A stretch of DNA of 64,000 nt, taken from Lama guanicoe. Lineage: Eukaryota. Shown here piece by piece: positions 25,858 through 36,976 of this stretch. The stretch covers positions 11,491,815-11,555,814 of the forward strand of contig MU054323.1 of the NCBI GenBank assembly GCA_013239625.1, in the 5' to 3' direction. The position numbers and the translations under genes were made by a program. Within the stretch, counting starts at the first letter, position 1, and every line of letters starts with the position of its first letter. Under the pieces are notes generated by a model. The model was not told the DNA's origin. It was given only the letters and a program-made list of their open reading frames with translations, and made no database searches.

Positions 25858-26146
25858 GAATTCTAAATCCCTCACTTGTAACTTCCAGGACACACTCTTT
25901 CATGAATGCCCACTGGTCTGCATGACTGGGATGAAATCTGCAGCATTGGTCTTGAAACTCAAGGGACAAGGGGCTGAGCCGTGGCTCACACACACAAGGG
26001 CTCTGTAGTCTCAGTGGTGGGGGGTCTGCTCCCAGGGAGAAAGTCCCCCGTGCAGCTCCTGGAGGAGAAGGGGAATTTCCTAGGAGGAAATGATTCAAAA
26101 GCTTCCATGTCTTACCTGGGCTCTGGGGTCTGTTCTGCCGCTTGCT

Positions 26147-26173
26147 TCAGTTGTACATCACCAGGTTCATCCA
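26147..26173 (-). CDS. CAPN13: CAPN13 exon ~22 coding part (27 nt): WMNLVMYN*; exon continues as UTR to 26116
   Basis: Acceptor ctcatttctcag; TGA at 26147-26149; strong donor CAG|gtaaga 31 nt after the stop. Confidence 0.93.
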   Translation of the reverse strand, partial: WMNLVMYN

Positions 26174-26738
26174 CTGAGAAATGAGCATCATTGTTACAAC
26201 CAGTCTTTAAACTTGTTAGCTTAATACAGAGGAGGGTAAATGGTACCCTCTTTATTTGAAAGACCTCAGTCTAATCTCATCAACCCTTTCCAGCTAATTC
26301 CAACCCAAGCAGGAGGCCTCAGCCCTCCGTTGCAGTGCAGCTTCTGCTAATCCCTCAGTAGTGCAGGTGCTGAGAGGGACAGCTGAGGTCGACCAGCTGG
26401 CTGGGCCAGGACGCTCTTTCAAACACTCACTGGGAGTAAGTTTAATGTACAGTGAGCTCAGTAGGTGTTCCTTAGTTCCCTCTTGGATTTATGACTCCCA
26501 CATAATCCTCTGCTTTATTAAGCTATTGGAAAAAAATAAAATCTGTCTGCCAAGATCCTAAAGCAGCCTTGGCAGCCAGCAATATATAAAGGCAGTAATT
26601 GGAGGCAGGAGGGGCCGGCAGCTTGGCTGGCCTTTGACAGACTGCTGAGTAGCCTCCGGGAGAGCAATGCCCCCTAGAATCAGGTGAGAGGGGTGGGCTG
26701 GGGTTGTGCCCTGTCTCTGGAAGGGGGAGGTACCTCAC

Positions 26739-26794
26739 CTCCATTTTTGTCAGGTAGACTCCTCTTCCATCCTTGGAGAGGTTATGGAAAGCCT
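26739..26794 (-). CDS. CAPN13: CAPN13 exon ~21 (56 nt): (K)AFHNLSKDGRGVYLTKME
   Basis: Acceptor ctctttaccccag, donor GAG|gtgagg. Confidence 0.94.
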
Positions 26795-27626
26795 CTGGGG
26801 TAAAGAGGAAGAGAGGAATCAGGACAGGCCTGGGGGCACGTGACATTCAAGGCAATGTGGTGATTCTGTGAAAAGCCCCAGGGGAGCTCCGTCTCCCCTC
26901 CTCTTCTCTTTCCAGCCAAACTCTACAGCTGAGGGACAGCTCAGGGCTCACCTCTTGAAACAGCTCTCTCTGATGGCTCGGTCCCACACGACCCTCCCCT
27001 TTCCAGTTTCCTTGCACTTTGTACCCCCTACACTTGGCCGTGGGGATGTCAGGGCTTGTCTTAGGAAGTATTTCAGGGGCACCTCCCTTGTCCAACTGAG
27101 AATTCTCTGGAGCAAAGGTTATGTCTCTGGCTTTTCTTTTACCCTCCCAGGGCTCAGGTCTTCCCATCTGATTAATTGCCTTGCTCCGAGCTAGGGGGTT
27201 TTTTGAGTGATGTCACATGGCGTGGACAGTGGGGGAACCTCCTGCCCTGACCAGCTCGCTTGTGTGTGCAATCCTTCAGCACAGACCAAATCATTCCTTG
27301 CATGACTGAAGAGGAGGTTTAAACCATAACCCAATCTGGAGAGGGGACACGGTGATTAGTTCCTGAAAAAGGTGCTGAGTAAGGTGATCAAAGGCCTGGG
27401 ATGGGGGGATGTCCTGGAGCGAGAAGGGTACAGAGAGTGGTTGGGGACACAAGCCAACTACACCCTCACATAGGCCAACGCTGGCTCTGTCCCCTGGGCA
27501 AGGGCTCCTAGCAGGACTCCAGCCCTCCCCACTACGAAGGACTTGTCCAGGCCTGGGGCTGAGTGTATCCCTGGGCCCCTCCTGTGTTCTCTGGTCACAG
27601 GGAAGTTGCCCCCAGGTGACACTTAC

Positions 27627-27755
27627 TTGTCATGGCTTCAAGGCGCATCAGGAGGCAGACCAGGCTGGGGAAGCTGACCCTGCCGGAGCTGTCGCTGTAC
27701 CGGAGGCTCATTAGACCCAGCAGCTCGTTGCTGACAGAGACGCCTGCCAGGAAGT
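27627..27755 (-). CDS. CAPN13: CAPN13 exon ~20 (129 nt): (D)[42 protein letters not shown]
   Basis: Acceptor ccctgtggcccag, donor A|gtaagt. Confidence 0.94.
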
Positions 27756-28701
27756 CTGGGCCACAGGGAGAGCCAGTGAGCGCGCGGGAGGCCAGGAGCG
27801 GGATGCAGGGACCTCGTGGCCTTCCACCACCTCAGCCCTCCCTCCTCGGCCCACTCGGTGGCTGGTCCACTCCTCTGCCGTGTATTTATGATTCTCCGGT
27901 TGCCTCTTGCTTGTTGGCTGCTGGGCCCCAACAACACTGTTCTGGAGTTTTGTCAGAGGCCAACTCAAGACACTCAAGACCCTTCATAATCATCTGATAA
28001 TTCTCACGTGGGATGGGAGCTACCGAGACACCTCAAAGTTTGCTTCCGGCCCTGCCTGTCAGGCCTCTCTCTGCCGATGACTTTGTCTAAGGGAGGCTTC
28101 CTCCCCCACGCCGAGACTGCATGTGGGTCTCGTGCACAGCGGCTGCTGGGCTTGGTAAGTGTGACTCCTGGAGGAGGGATTCAGTCCTAAGTCACCGGTC
28201 CAGGGAGCAGAGACCTCAGGTGGTGGCCAGAGGCAGGCAGGCAGAGGTGCCTTGCCCTCTTTGGGTCTTGTTGTCTTATATGTCTAGTTATGAGTTTCAG
28301 GGAGGCACCAACCCCAGAGCTGACAGTGGCAGACAGAATAAGGGCCTGCGCGCCCTGGTGAGCTAGCAGAACCTTGCAAACCAAACCCCTGATGGAGGGG
28401 ACAAGCCTGGTGGCCTGAGGTGGCCTAAACAGCCAGAGACCTGTTTAGGTTCTCCTGCAGAGTTTAAATGGAAATTTGCATTCCTTTAGATAGGGCCTGC
28501 CTCTTGGGCTTGCCATATTCTCAAATCACACCCCTTCCCCCCCCCTTTTTTTTTTTAACAGGAGCTCCATTGCCCCTTTCAGTCACCCACCTTGCCCCGC
28601 CCAGCTTTTCTGTTGAATTCCAACTGTTCTCTTTCTCGCTGCTATTATTCTGGAGTCATTAGTGAAGCCTCCTTTAAAGATTTCATCTTTTGCTGGCTAT
28701 T

Positions 28702-28870
28702 CAGTGGCTCTCAAAGTATGATCCCCAGACCAGGAGCTCTGGGCTTACTTGGAAACTTGTCAGAAAGGCAAATTCTTAAGCCCCACCCCAGCCCTCCTGA
28801 ATCAGGTACTCCGGTTGGGTGAGGCAGCTCACCAATCCCCACTTTGACAAGCCTACAGGGGGTTCTGACC
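28702..28870. mobile_element. MER5A-like DNA transposon remnant
   Basis: cagtggctctcaaagtatgatccccagaccag...ggaaacttgtcagaaaggcaaattct...ctgaatcag. Confidence 0.75.
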
Positions 28871-29635
28871 TCAGCCCTCTGCTATGAAGAATTAAGGAAG
28901 GAGCGAGGCTGAAGCCGGGGGAGCAGCAGCTCAGGTTCTGATTCGTGTGCAGACTGGGAGTCCTGGGAGCCCTGGAGGCTGCCCTTTCAGCGGTAACCCG
29001 CCAGCATCGAAATATTCCATTTTATTCAGGAAGGTGGCAATTTCCTGAATTAACCTTTCTGTGATCCATTTCCCCCACTGGTACAGTGGGGATAATGATT
29101 CCTGCCCTTCCCAGTCCCAGAGCTGCTGAGACAATCCAACGAGGTGACGGGAGTGCAAGTTCCTGCTGAACTTCCGCGCCCTCCAGTGTTATTATCGTCA
29201 GCCCAGGACTGAAGCACTGCCTCCTTGAAGCCGACAGATGCCATTCGATTTCACTTAGGCCCAGACCCTCGGTGAAGAGAGTATATCAAACCCACCCATG
29301 GGTATTTAACCCTGATGGCCCGGACGCTGAGATGAAAGCGTCTTCAAAGCGAGCTTGATTTCTGGTAGGGTATCAACTGTGAGGGGTTACTTTTGCACAA
29401 TTAGAGCTGTGCTGGGGAGAAAAGGCAATCGGCAGAATTGACCCGCATCGGAGAACTCAGGCGGGGGAGGGTGAAGTCTGAGTTCGGAGCCAGGAGGCCC
29501 ACAGAGGCCAGGGTGAACCAGGGGAGGACACAGCTGCCCCTCTCCCAGCCTTGCCTACAGCATGCTAGGGGCGTGGGCATTGCACACCCCCCGCTGCCGC
29601 CCCCAGTCTTCACTGCAAAGGGCCCTCTGCTTTAC

Positions 29636-29711
29636 CTGTGTCATTTATGGCCTTCCACAAATCCGAGCTCAGGAAAACTCTGGAGTTCTTCTGGGTGTTC
29701 TGGAAAACACT
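29636..29711 (-). CDS. CAPN13: CAPN13 exon ~19 (76 nt): SVFQNTQKNSRVFLSSDLWKAINDT
   Basis: Acceptor tttttccgtatcag, donor G|gtaaag. Confidence 0.93.
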
Positions 29712-30076
29712 CTGATACGGAAAAACAAGTAGGAAGCCTGTGTGAGTCCCAAGCCACCTGGAAGAGGATGTCTGGTAGGGGGAGGTCCTGCGAAATTCCT
29801 TTTCCATTCACTAGAACAGTAGGGAAGGCCCAGCTCAGAGGCTGGCACGGTGAGCAGCTGAGGACAGGGGAAGGGCTCTGCCTGATAAAGCCAACCACCT
29901 GGCTGTGGGGGCGAGGGGGCGGCGGTGTGTGGCTGCCGTCCCTCTCCCAGGCCCGCACTTCTCCTGCTCCCGACCTGCCCTCCTTCCTCTTCCTCACCCC
30001 TCAGACTGGGCTCCTGCCCAACAGGGAGCTTGCCACTTTCCAGGGAGGTGGAGAGCTCTCTAAAGAGTTCACCTAG

Positions 30077-30297
30077 GGTGGGGGTTAAGAGCACAGGCTT
30101 CACAACCAAATCGCTGGGTGTGAACCCCGGCTCAACTACTTGGCAGCTGCGTACCCTTGGGCAAGTTACCTGATCTTTCTGGGCCTCAGTTTCCCAACCT
30201 GTAGCACAGGGCTAGTTTCTGTACCTACCTCAGAGGCTTGTTGCAAGAAGTAAGTGAGCACATCTTTATAAAGTGCTTAGGAGCGCTCTGAGTAGCA
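30077..30297 (+). mobile_element. MIR SINE, near full length (representative; further MIR pieces at about 10330-10500, 32900-33130, 52190-52330, 56440-56630, 57145-57310, 63640-63850)
   Basis: MIR core: ggttaagagcacaggc...ccttgggcaagttacctgatctttctgggcctcagtttccc...tacctacctca. Confidence 0.85.
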
Positions 30298-31435
30298 ACG
30301 CTGAAGGCAGGCGAGAACCACATCCCAGACCAGGGACAGCCCCAGGATGAAGTCACTCCAACACCTCAGCTGGGTCCAGGGCGGCTCTACGTTTGCCTGG
30401 GACTTTCTGCCTCTCCCTAATTCTACCCTTACCCCTGGCATCCTTATGCTTCCCAGGTAAGGACACAGATGCTCAGGCAGGTGAGTAACTTGCCTTTGAT
30501 TAAGCAGACAAGCACCACAGGACTCAATGCGGGACTCCGAATTGTGGTCTACGCTCAGCCTCCCTGCCGGAGCTGTTTCAAAGCAAAATACCCCTGAGCA
30601 GGCGTGCAGCTGAGGTCTCCTGCGGGAGACAATTACTGTGAAATAGCTGAGAACGTTCCCTGGCCTCTTTTGGCTTTGGGTGAGCGTTTTCTCAACTAGG
30701 TACTGACTCATTCAGTAATGCATTCGTTCGGTCATTTTTGAGTGCCTGGTGTGTGCTATACCCTGTGGAAGGCACTGGGGAGAAGGATGCATATGAGGAA
30801 ATCCCTGCTCTGGAGGGCACGGTGATCTAATGGGAGAGGCACATCAGCCTGGTGAGAAGCCAGATGACCCCAGTCGGGGATCAGGTGATATAAATCATAT
30901 ATAAAATAACATATTTTTATTTTATTGTTGTGGGCTCAAGTGTTAGGGGCCAAGGGGGAATTAATTGGGTCTGGGGTGGGGGTGGGCAAGGCTCTAAGGA
31001 AGGCCCCACAGGGAAGGAGCTTTGGGGGATAGACTCTCGGGCTGGGTGGGTACCAGCCAGGCTCAGGGTGCAGGGAGTGGAGGGCGAGGAGTCTCATGGG
31101 TGGGGCCTGAAGGAGTGAGTGGGATGAGTGAAGCGGCTTCTCTTAGTCCCCAAAGTAGGGTCCCAACTCATGCATCTCTGATGAGTTTTGACTTTGTCCT
31201 GAGAACAATGGTGAGGACATGCTGAAGCCACAGACCACCCCTGGGATTCTGATGTGTCTTCTGGCTGATGGAGGGGAAGGGAATGAAGAGGGCTGGTGGC
31301 CCGGGTGATGCTGCAGTGGCTGGGGGAAGGATGAGGAGGGCAGCGCTAGCCAGCGGTTTTAGCTGCAGTCCACGGGGACCCAGTTCTTCAGCCTCCTAGA
31401 GCAGTCCCCAGCTGGCCACTTGACCAGGTATTTCC

Positions 31436-31454
31436 TTGTGCCACCTAGTGGTGC
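31436..31454 (-). promoter_or_regulatory. Candidate intronic CTCF site
   Basis: GCACCACTAGGTGGCACAA, about 160 nt downstream of exon ~18; occupancy unknown. Confidence 0.5.
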
Positions 31455-31613
31455 TTGTACGTCTCCCCAAGCAAAAATGGGGCTCTCCTTGAGGGCGGGG
31501 ATGAGCTCCCTTGTCTTTCATCCCCCCCAACCCTGGTGCAGGATCAGACACCCAGTAAATATATGCTAAAACAGATGGAATAGGAGGCTAGCCCGAAGAG
31601 AATATGCCGGTAC

Positions 31614-31682
31614 CTGGCAGTGGACCAGGCGGATCCACAGCCTTGAAAACTCCTCTTGGTCAAGGCGCCCGTTCACCTTCAG
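31614..31682 (-). CDS. CAPN13: CAPN13 exon ~18 (69 nt): [23 protein letters not shown]
   Basis: U12-type acceptor ctcttaactgtccaccag, donor CAG|gtaccg; EF-hand-like loop. Confidence 0.94.
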
Positions 31683-33341
31683 CTGGTGGACAGTTAAGAG
31701 TTAACCAGATCTGTGTGCAGTGAGCAGAGGGGTGGAGGGCAGGGAGCAGCTCCATCCATCAGCTATCGCGGAGGTTGGTCCAGCGCCACCTGGATGTGGC
31801 CCCATGCCAGCTGGTTCCTGCTGCGTCTGAAAGGGACCTGGCATTGATTCATTTTACAGGGGAGAATGGGCAACTGGATGGAGAAGGAAGCCCTGAGAAA
31901 GGCGAGCCAACACCACGTGCATCCAGGGGAAGAGAGAGAACCCAAAACACAGCCTTCGTCAGAAGGGCCCCACTCCCTGCTGCCAGGGAGACAGTGGGGA
32001 GGAGCCAGGGGGATGGGGGTGGGTATCACTGCAACTCCTGAGGCCTCATGAGAGGTAAGTGTGCACTAGGTGTGCACCAGCGGCTGGACCACGCTCTGTG
32101 TATTAAAGCCAGCTCTAATCACTCCATACGCTGCATTTGATGAGAACTAATGAAAAGATGGATCTCTGAGGACCTGCAGGGGAGCTGGAGGGTGAGCAGG
32201 AGGAAGGGTAGAAAAGAACTGTCTGCTTTACAGGGGTCTAGCAGACATGGCCTCCCCTCGGGTTACCTGCCCCCTGCTGTGGGGCTGTTGAGGGCCATTT
32301 GGGTTCATCTGCGGGGATGGGCAGTGTCCCTGAGTGATTCCAAACCAGAGCCAGCAGAGACAGGGCCTGATTTACTATTTAATCAAGAAGGCCTCTTGTT
32401 CGACCATGGCCAGCTTCACATCCCCAGTCGAGCCTTGTTAAGAGTGAAAAAGCCGGGGATCTGCCTCACTGTAGGGAGACAGCACACACCCCAGGGAAGA
32501 ACTGCAAGGCAGCAGGTGAGGGTGATGTCCACGTGGAGCCATCAGGGACACGGCGCGGCAGGGGGAGACGTGGCTCACCAGAGAGTGGAAGTCAGGACAG
32601 GAATCGGGAGACCTGGGTTTGACTCCCAGGCCTGCCACTTGTGGCCATGAAACTTAGGCAGTCACAGCACCACCCCACCCCACCCCACCCCAGCCTCATC
32701 TGCAAATGCAGCCGGACGGTAACGACGGGGTGCAGCTGCCGTGCAGACTGAGGAGTTTTCTATAAGGGTTGGTGGTGGTTCTCTTTATTCAACTGGGGGC
32801 TTGTTGAGCACGGAATTTAAATAGTGAGGACTCCTCCAGTAGTAAGGAGCGAGGTGGAAGGAAAACAGTTACCACTGGTGTTGCAAGGAGGCAGTGAAGG
32901 AGAATGTGTGAACAGACTTTGGAGGCTGAAAACTCCAAATCCAGGCACAAATTCTGACTAGCTGTGTGATTGAGGTGAATGACTAAACTTCTCTGAGCCC
33001 CTGTTTCTTCTATTGCAACATAGGATAATACTTCTTATATCACAGAGGTTACTGCAAGAATTACAAGGGAAAAATATACCGGTACCACTGTTGGCACGCA
33101 GTAGATGCTTGATAGATGGTATATTGTTACTGTGGCTGTGGTGGTTCTGGAGAGTTAATGAGTTGGTACAGAATCCCCAGAAACCCAGGCTCTTTGGTGA
33201 GCCCTTAGAACCAAGGAAGAAGAGAAAATACTGAGAGTGAGAAAAGGGTTCCCTAATGTCATAATTAACCCCCCGGGGAAGCCAACAGAGAGATGGGATC
33301 TTAGAGCCAGGGGAGGGGCAGGGGATGATGGCAAAGGATAC
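31683..33341 (-). other. U12-type (minor spliceosome) GT-AG intron
   Basis: 5'SS GTATCCTTT; branch point CTCTTAAC at 31693-31700, about 12 nt from the 3'SS; no real polypyrimidine tract. Confidence 0.92.
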
Positions 33342-33400
33342 ATCCATCAGAGCCACGATGCTCTGGCACTGGTCCAGAGAGAATGTGTCCCCTGGAGGTC
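33342..33400 (-). CDS. CAPN13: CAPN13 exon ~17 (59 nt): (G)[19 protein letters not shown]
   Basis: Acceptor cccctcttcag; donor GAT|gtatcctttg (U12-type). Confidence 0.94.
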
Positions 33401-33496
33401 CTGAAGAGGGGAGAAAAGGAAGGACTAAAATGTCACGGAGCGGGGCACTGGACTGGCATGGCTGCAAGGATGGGGTTGGGGCCAGCGGGTCCTTAC

Positions 33497-33554
33497 CTTT
33501 CAGGAATTCCTGGTTGAGAAGGCTCTGCAGCTGGGTAGCATCAATGTCCGGTCC
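33497..33554 (-). CDS. CAPN13: CAPN13 exon ~16 (58 nt): [19 protein letters not shown]
   Basis: Acceptor ccttgcttggatcag, donor G|gtaagg; first EF-hand region. Confidence 0.93.
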
Positions 33555-36545
33555 CTGATCCAAGCAAGGAAGGGATGCAGGAATCACATCAGGGCTGGGG
33601 AGCTGAAGGGCACACTAAAAGCACTGGGATTTCTAAGCACTTAGCTCACCTTTGTCCCAGAGTCTCCTGATTGCCCCAGGCCACGGTGATAAGTCCCTCC
33701 AAACATCTGTAGTGCTTACTCCTGACATCTGATACCCAGTGTGGGTCACCTTGCATGTCCCTCTTCATTCATTATTGGCTGAAAGCAGTGTTTGCTTCCT
33801 CCCCACCATACCTGACACTTAGGAGCCCCTCCGGAGAAATATTATTGAATGAATCAATTCAGCCCTGCAGGTGTGTTTTCCCATCTGCTTCCAGAAAGGG
33901 ACTGAGAGAAAACATGACTACTAAGCGTGTGTGTGTGGGGGGGGGGGATAAAAATGCTAAGAATCCAGGCTGAGAGAAGCTGCTCTAACTGAGCATGTTA
34001 CTTAGCATGAGTCTTCCCAGCCACTGAAGCAGAAAGGGAGACATCATGGTTTTCCTTGGATAAAGAACAGGAACAACTGAGGTTGAGGGGAGAGAACCTT
34101 CTCCTGGCCTGAACTTCCGCAGGCGTCAACTCTTCTGTGGGGAACACCGAGCAGCTCGATGGGCATCAGAAGCAGAGCTGTTCTACGTGCAGTCATTTCT
34201 TACAACCGCCTGGTAAAGGCAGAGGGTGTGATGGGACATCATCATCCTGGGAAAGCTTTTCCATGGGAGGAGCTGGAGCAAGGTCTCCCAGCAGGGGGCT
34301 TTGCAGAGTGACACCAGGTCAGGTGGAAGGAGGTGGTTCCTTGGGGTCTTCTGAGAATCAGCACCCCACAGATGACAGACAAGTAGTCCCCAGGGTTGGC
34401 CTCACCACGCAGAATGGAAAGCAAAAGCAGCCCTACAGCTTGTCCTTATGGGAGTCATTTAGCTGGAAAAATGACCACCGACGATGTCCCTGGCGGAAAA
34501 CATCCTGGAAGTGTCTGAAATCAGCCCTTAGGTCATCCCTCTAACATCTCACTGGTTGGTTATGTCAGGGAGTCAGTGTTGTGTGCTTGCCATCAACTAA
34601 GATTTTTCCCCCAAGAATTATGGCACCCCACTTTGAAGAGCAGTTAACATGTTGGTGAGAAATGCCAACTTATGTGGAATCACAACCAGAACATAAGCAG
34701 CTTTGGGGGATGGACTTTGTCCCCCCTCCTAGGACAGGCCCTGACCTGGATCCTGCACCCAGTAACCACCAGGATGTTGGAAGAGATGGGGCTAGGAATG
34801 GAGATGAAGGCTGCCTGAACAAACTCCCAGGGAACTGCACGTTGGCCTCTACCACTTCAATGGAAGATCCCCAAGGACTGATGCTCTGCAGTCCCGAAGG
34901 TGAGCAGAGTCTTCGAATGTCCTAGCATATTTGCTACACATTTGCTGACTGGGTAAGTAATGGACGATGGATGTGGCCTGTCCCAGAGGCCGAGTGTGTC
35001 CTTCCTTTCCCACAGACAGACCCTGAATTATAGTGTCATCATTACTGTTACAGCCAATGAAAGTAACCTGTGCTAGGGCAACAGAACTAGCAGGTCATTG
35101 CGTTTGTTCCAGGACCAGTTAAATGGATACAAGAAATCGGGGGAGAGGACAGAGTCAGTGCATGGACAAGTACTTTGCTTTCAACTTTCTTTGGAGGACA
35201 ACAAACTCTGAGGACAGTTCACAGGTTGTGCAGAATGATGCCAGGTTGGCCCTGTTCAAGGTGCCCACCGAGGGGTGAAAGGAAGCTGGAGTCCAGTCTT
35301 TGTTCCCCTGCCCAGCTGTGCACCTTGGCACAAAGCTGCATCTGTCTTATTCTAATTCCTGCAAAGGCCGCATAGGGGCTATCAATTTTCCTCTATGACA
35401 TTTGGTTGTTGTTTGGGAAAAGTCCTGATTAGGGAATCTGTACCATTTATCATATGACAAATTATGTTTTTTATTTCAGATGTACAGGTGCAAGGACCAT
35501 GTTAAAGATTTTGCCACCCGCCCCTGAAGAAAGCTTGGTCTCAGGGACCCTAATCTGGTCCTGCTGATCCCCTCGGGGCAGTAATCTTAGCTTGGGCATC
35601 TTAATTCATTGCAAATTGACTGAGTACCTTCTCTATGCCAAGCAGTGATTGGTACTGGGGACAACGTCATCTTGACCTTCAGGAGCTCACAGACTGCGTT
35701 CAGTCACCTTGGCAGATTCTGTTTTGCATCAAGTGAAGTGCCTTTCCAGTCAGCCCAGACGTGGGCCTGAACCCTGGGCCCGTGTTGATTTCGAGGAGGT
35801 TCACACTGAGCTGCCGCCTACAACATTTATCCTCCCGCCAGCCACATTCTTCACTGCTCCTTGTTTTTGTCTCTGGGCCCAGGCTGCCTGAATCATTTCC
35901 CTTTGACCTGCCTCCTGGTGACCACTACCCCATTAGCCCTCTGAAGGCCTGCACTCTTCCTGTCTTTGGCCCCCACCTGGCCTGAGGCCGGCACGGTACA
36001 TACGATCATCCATATCACTTTCCACTTCCCACACCAACATGATGGTCAAAGGCCAATTGCACAGAGTCCTTGGCAGCTGTTTTTATCCTGACAAGTCAAG
36101 GAGTTCTTTATAACGGTTTATTAAACCATTAAGAAAATCCCCTGTGCACATAGGTGGCTTGGCAGGAAGAACGCTGTTGGTGCTTTCTGAAGCTTGCCAG
36201 CTCCCGGGAGGAAGGATGCCAAGGTTGGTGGGAGGTGGCAAAGCGGGAGAAGGAAAGACTTTGAGGGGTACTGCCAATTGCTTGTTTATAGATTTAAAAA
36301 GACCAGCCCCATAATTAGCCCCTCCCTTTCCAAGCTCTTCACTCCAACCCAGGTGTCACCCAGGTGGGGCACCCTTTCCCTCCAGATCAGTTCTGGAGAC
36401 ATCCAGGGACAGAGGTTGATAAAACCACCCATCAGGCCACTTTTCCTCTCTGTATCCTGATAAGGGCCCAGAAGGATTTTCTTCCTTCTGTTCCCTCCAT
36501 CACCCGTCCTCTCTAAGGCCCCTCGCCCCAGGTTTAATACTGTAC

Positions 36546-36602
36546 CTGCTGAGAGTATTTGTAGAAAATGCTTTGTTGGGAGCTATCTTCTGGAAGAGTT
36601 GC
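36546..36602 (-). CDS. CAPN13: CAPN13 exon ~15 (57 nt): ATLPEDSSQQSIFYKYSQQ
   Basis: Acceptor tcctttagatccag, donor CAG|gtacag; resembles human SQQSIFNRYAQQ as recalled. Confidence 0.9.
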
Positions 36603-36939
36603 CTGGATCTAAAGGAGAATAGACAACGTTAGATTTCTGGTACAGTGAGGGCATAAGAACCTCCCACCTGGATCTGAGACAGAGGCTTCATGGCCAACAA
36701 TCGGATAAAACCTGTTTGGGGAATGCGAGGATGGAGTTTGTAGACGGAAGATGGATGGGTCCAGCCTGGCCTTCGAGGCCTGGTCTTCTCCCCTCATCCG
36801 TGTCCTTTTGAGCCATCACCCGCCCATTATAGTGTCTCTGTTTTCATTGGTCAGTGGTGAGGCAAGAAGGAAGGAGACAGAAGCTCTTGGGGATGGGATG
36901 TGACTACTGAAGCTCGAACAAAGCTTACTGCACACCTAC

Positions 36940-36976
36940 CTTCAGTGGTCTGAGGTTGAGATTGTTGCCCAGGTCC
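36940..36976 (-). CDS. CAPN13: CAPN13 exon ~14 (37 nt): DLGNNLNLRPLK
   Basis: Acceptor cctcattttccag, donor AAG|gtaggt; phase 2 to 0 restores the frame between the flanking exons. Confidence 0.87.

Noticed and set aside
29438..30076. 212-aa plus-strand ORF antisense to exon ~19
   Set aside because: TTG start, no homology recognised, low-information composition; a shadow ORF.
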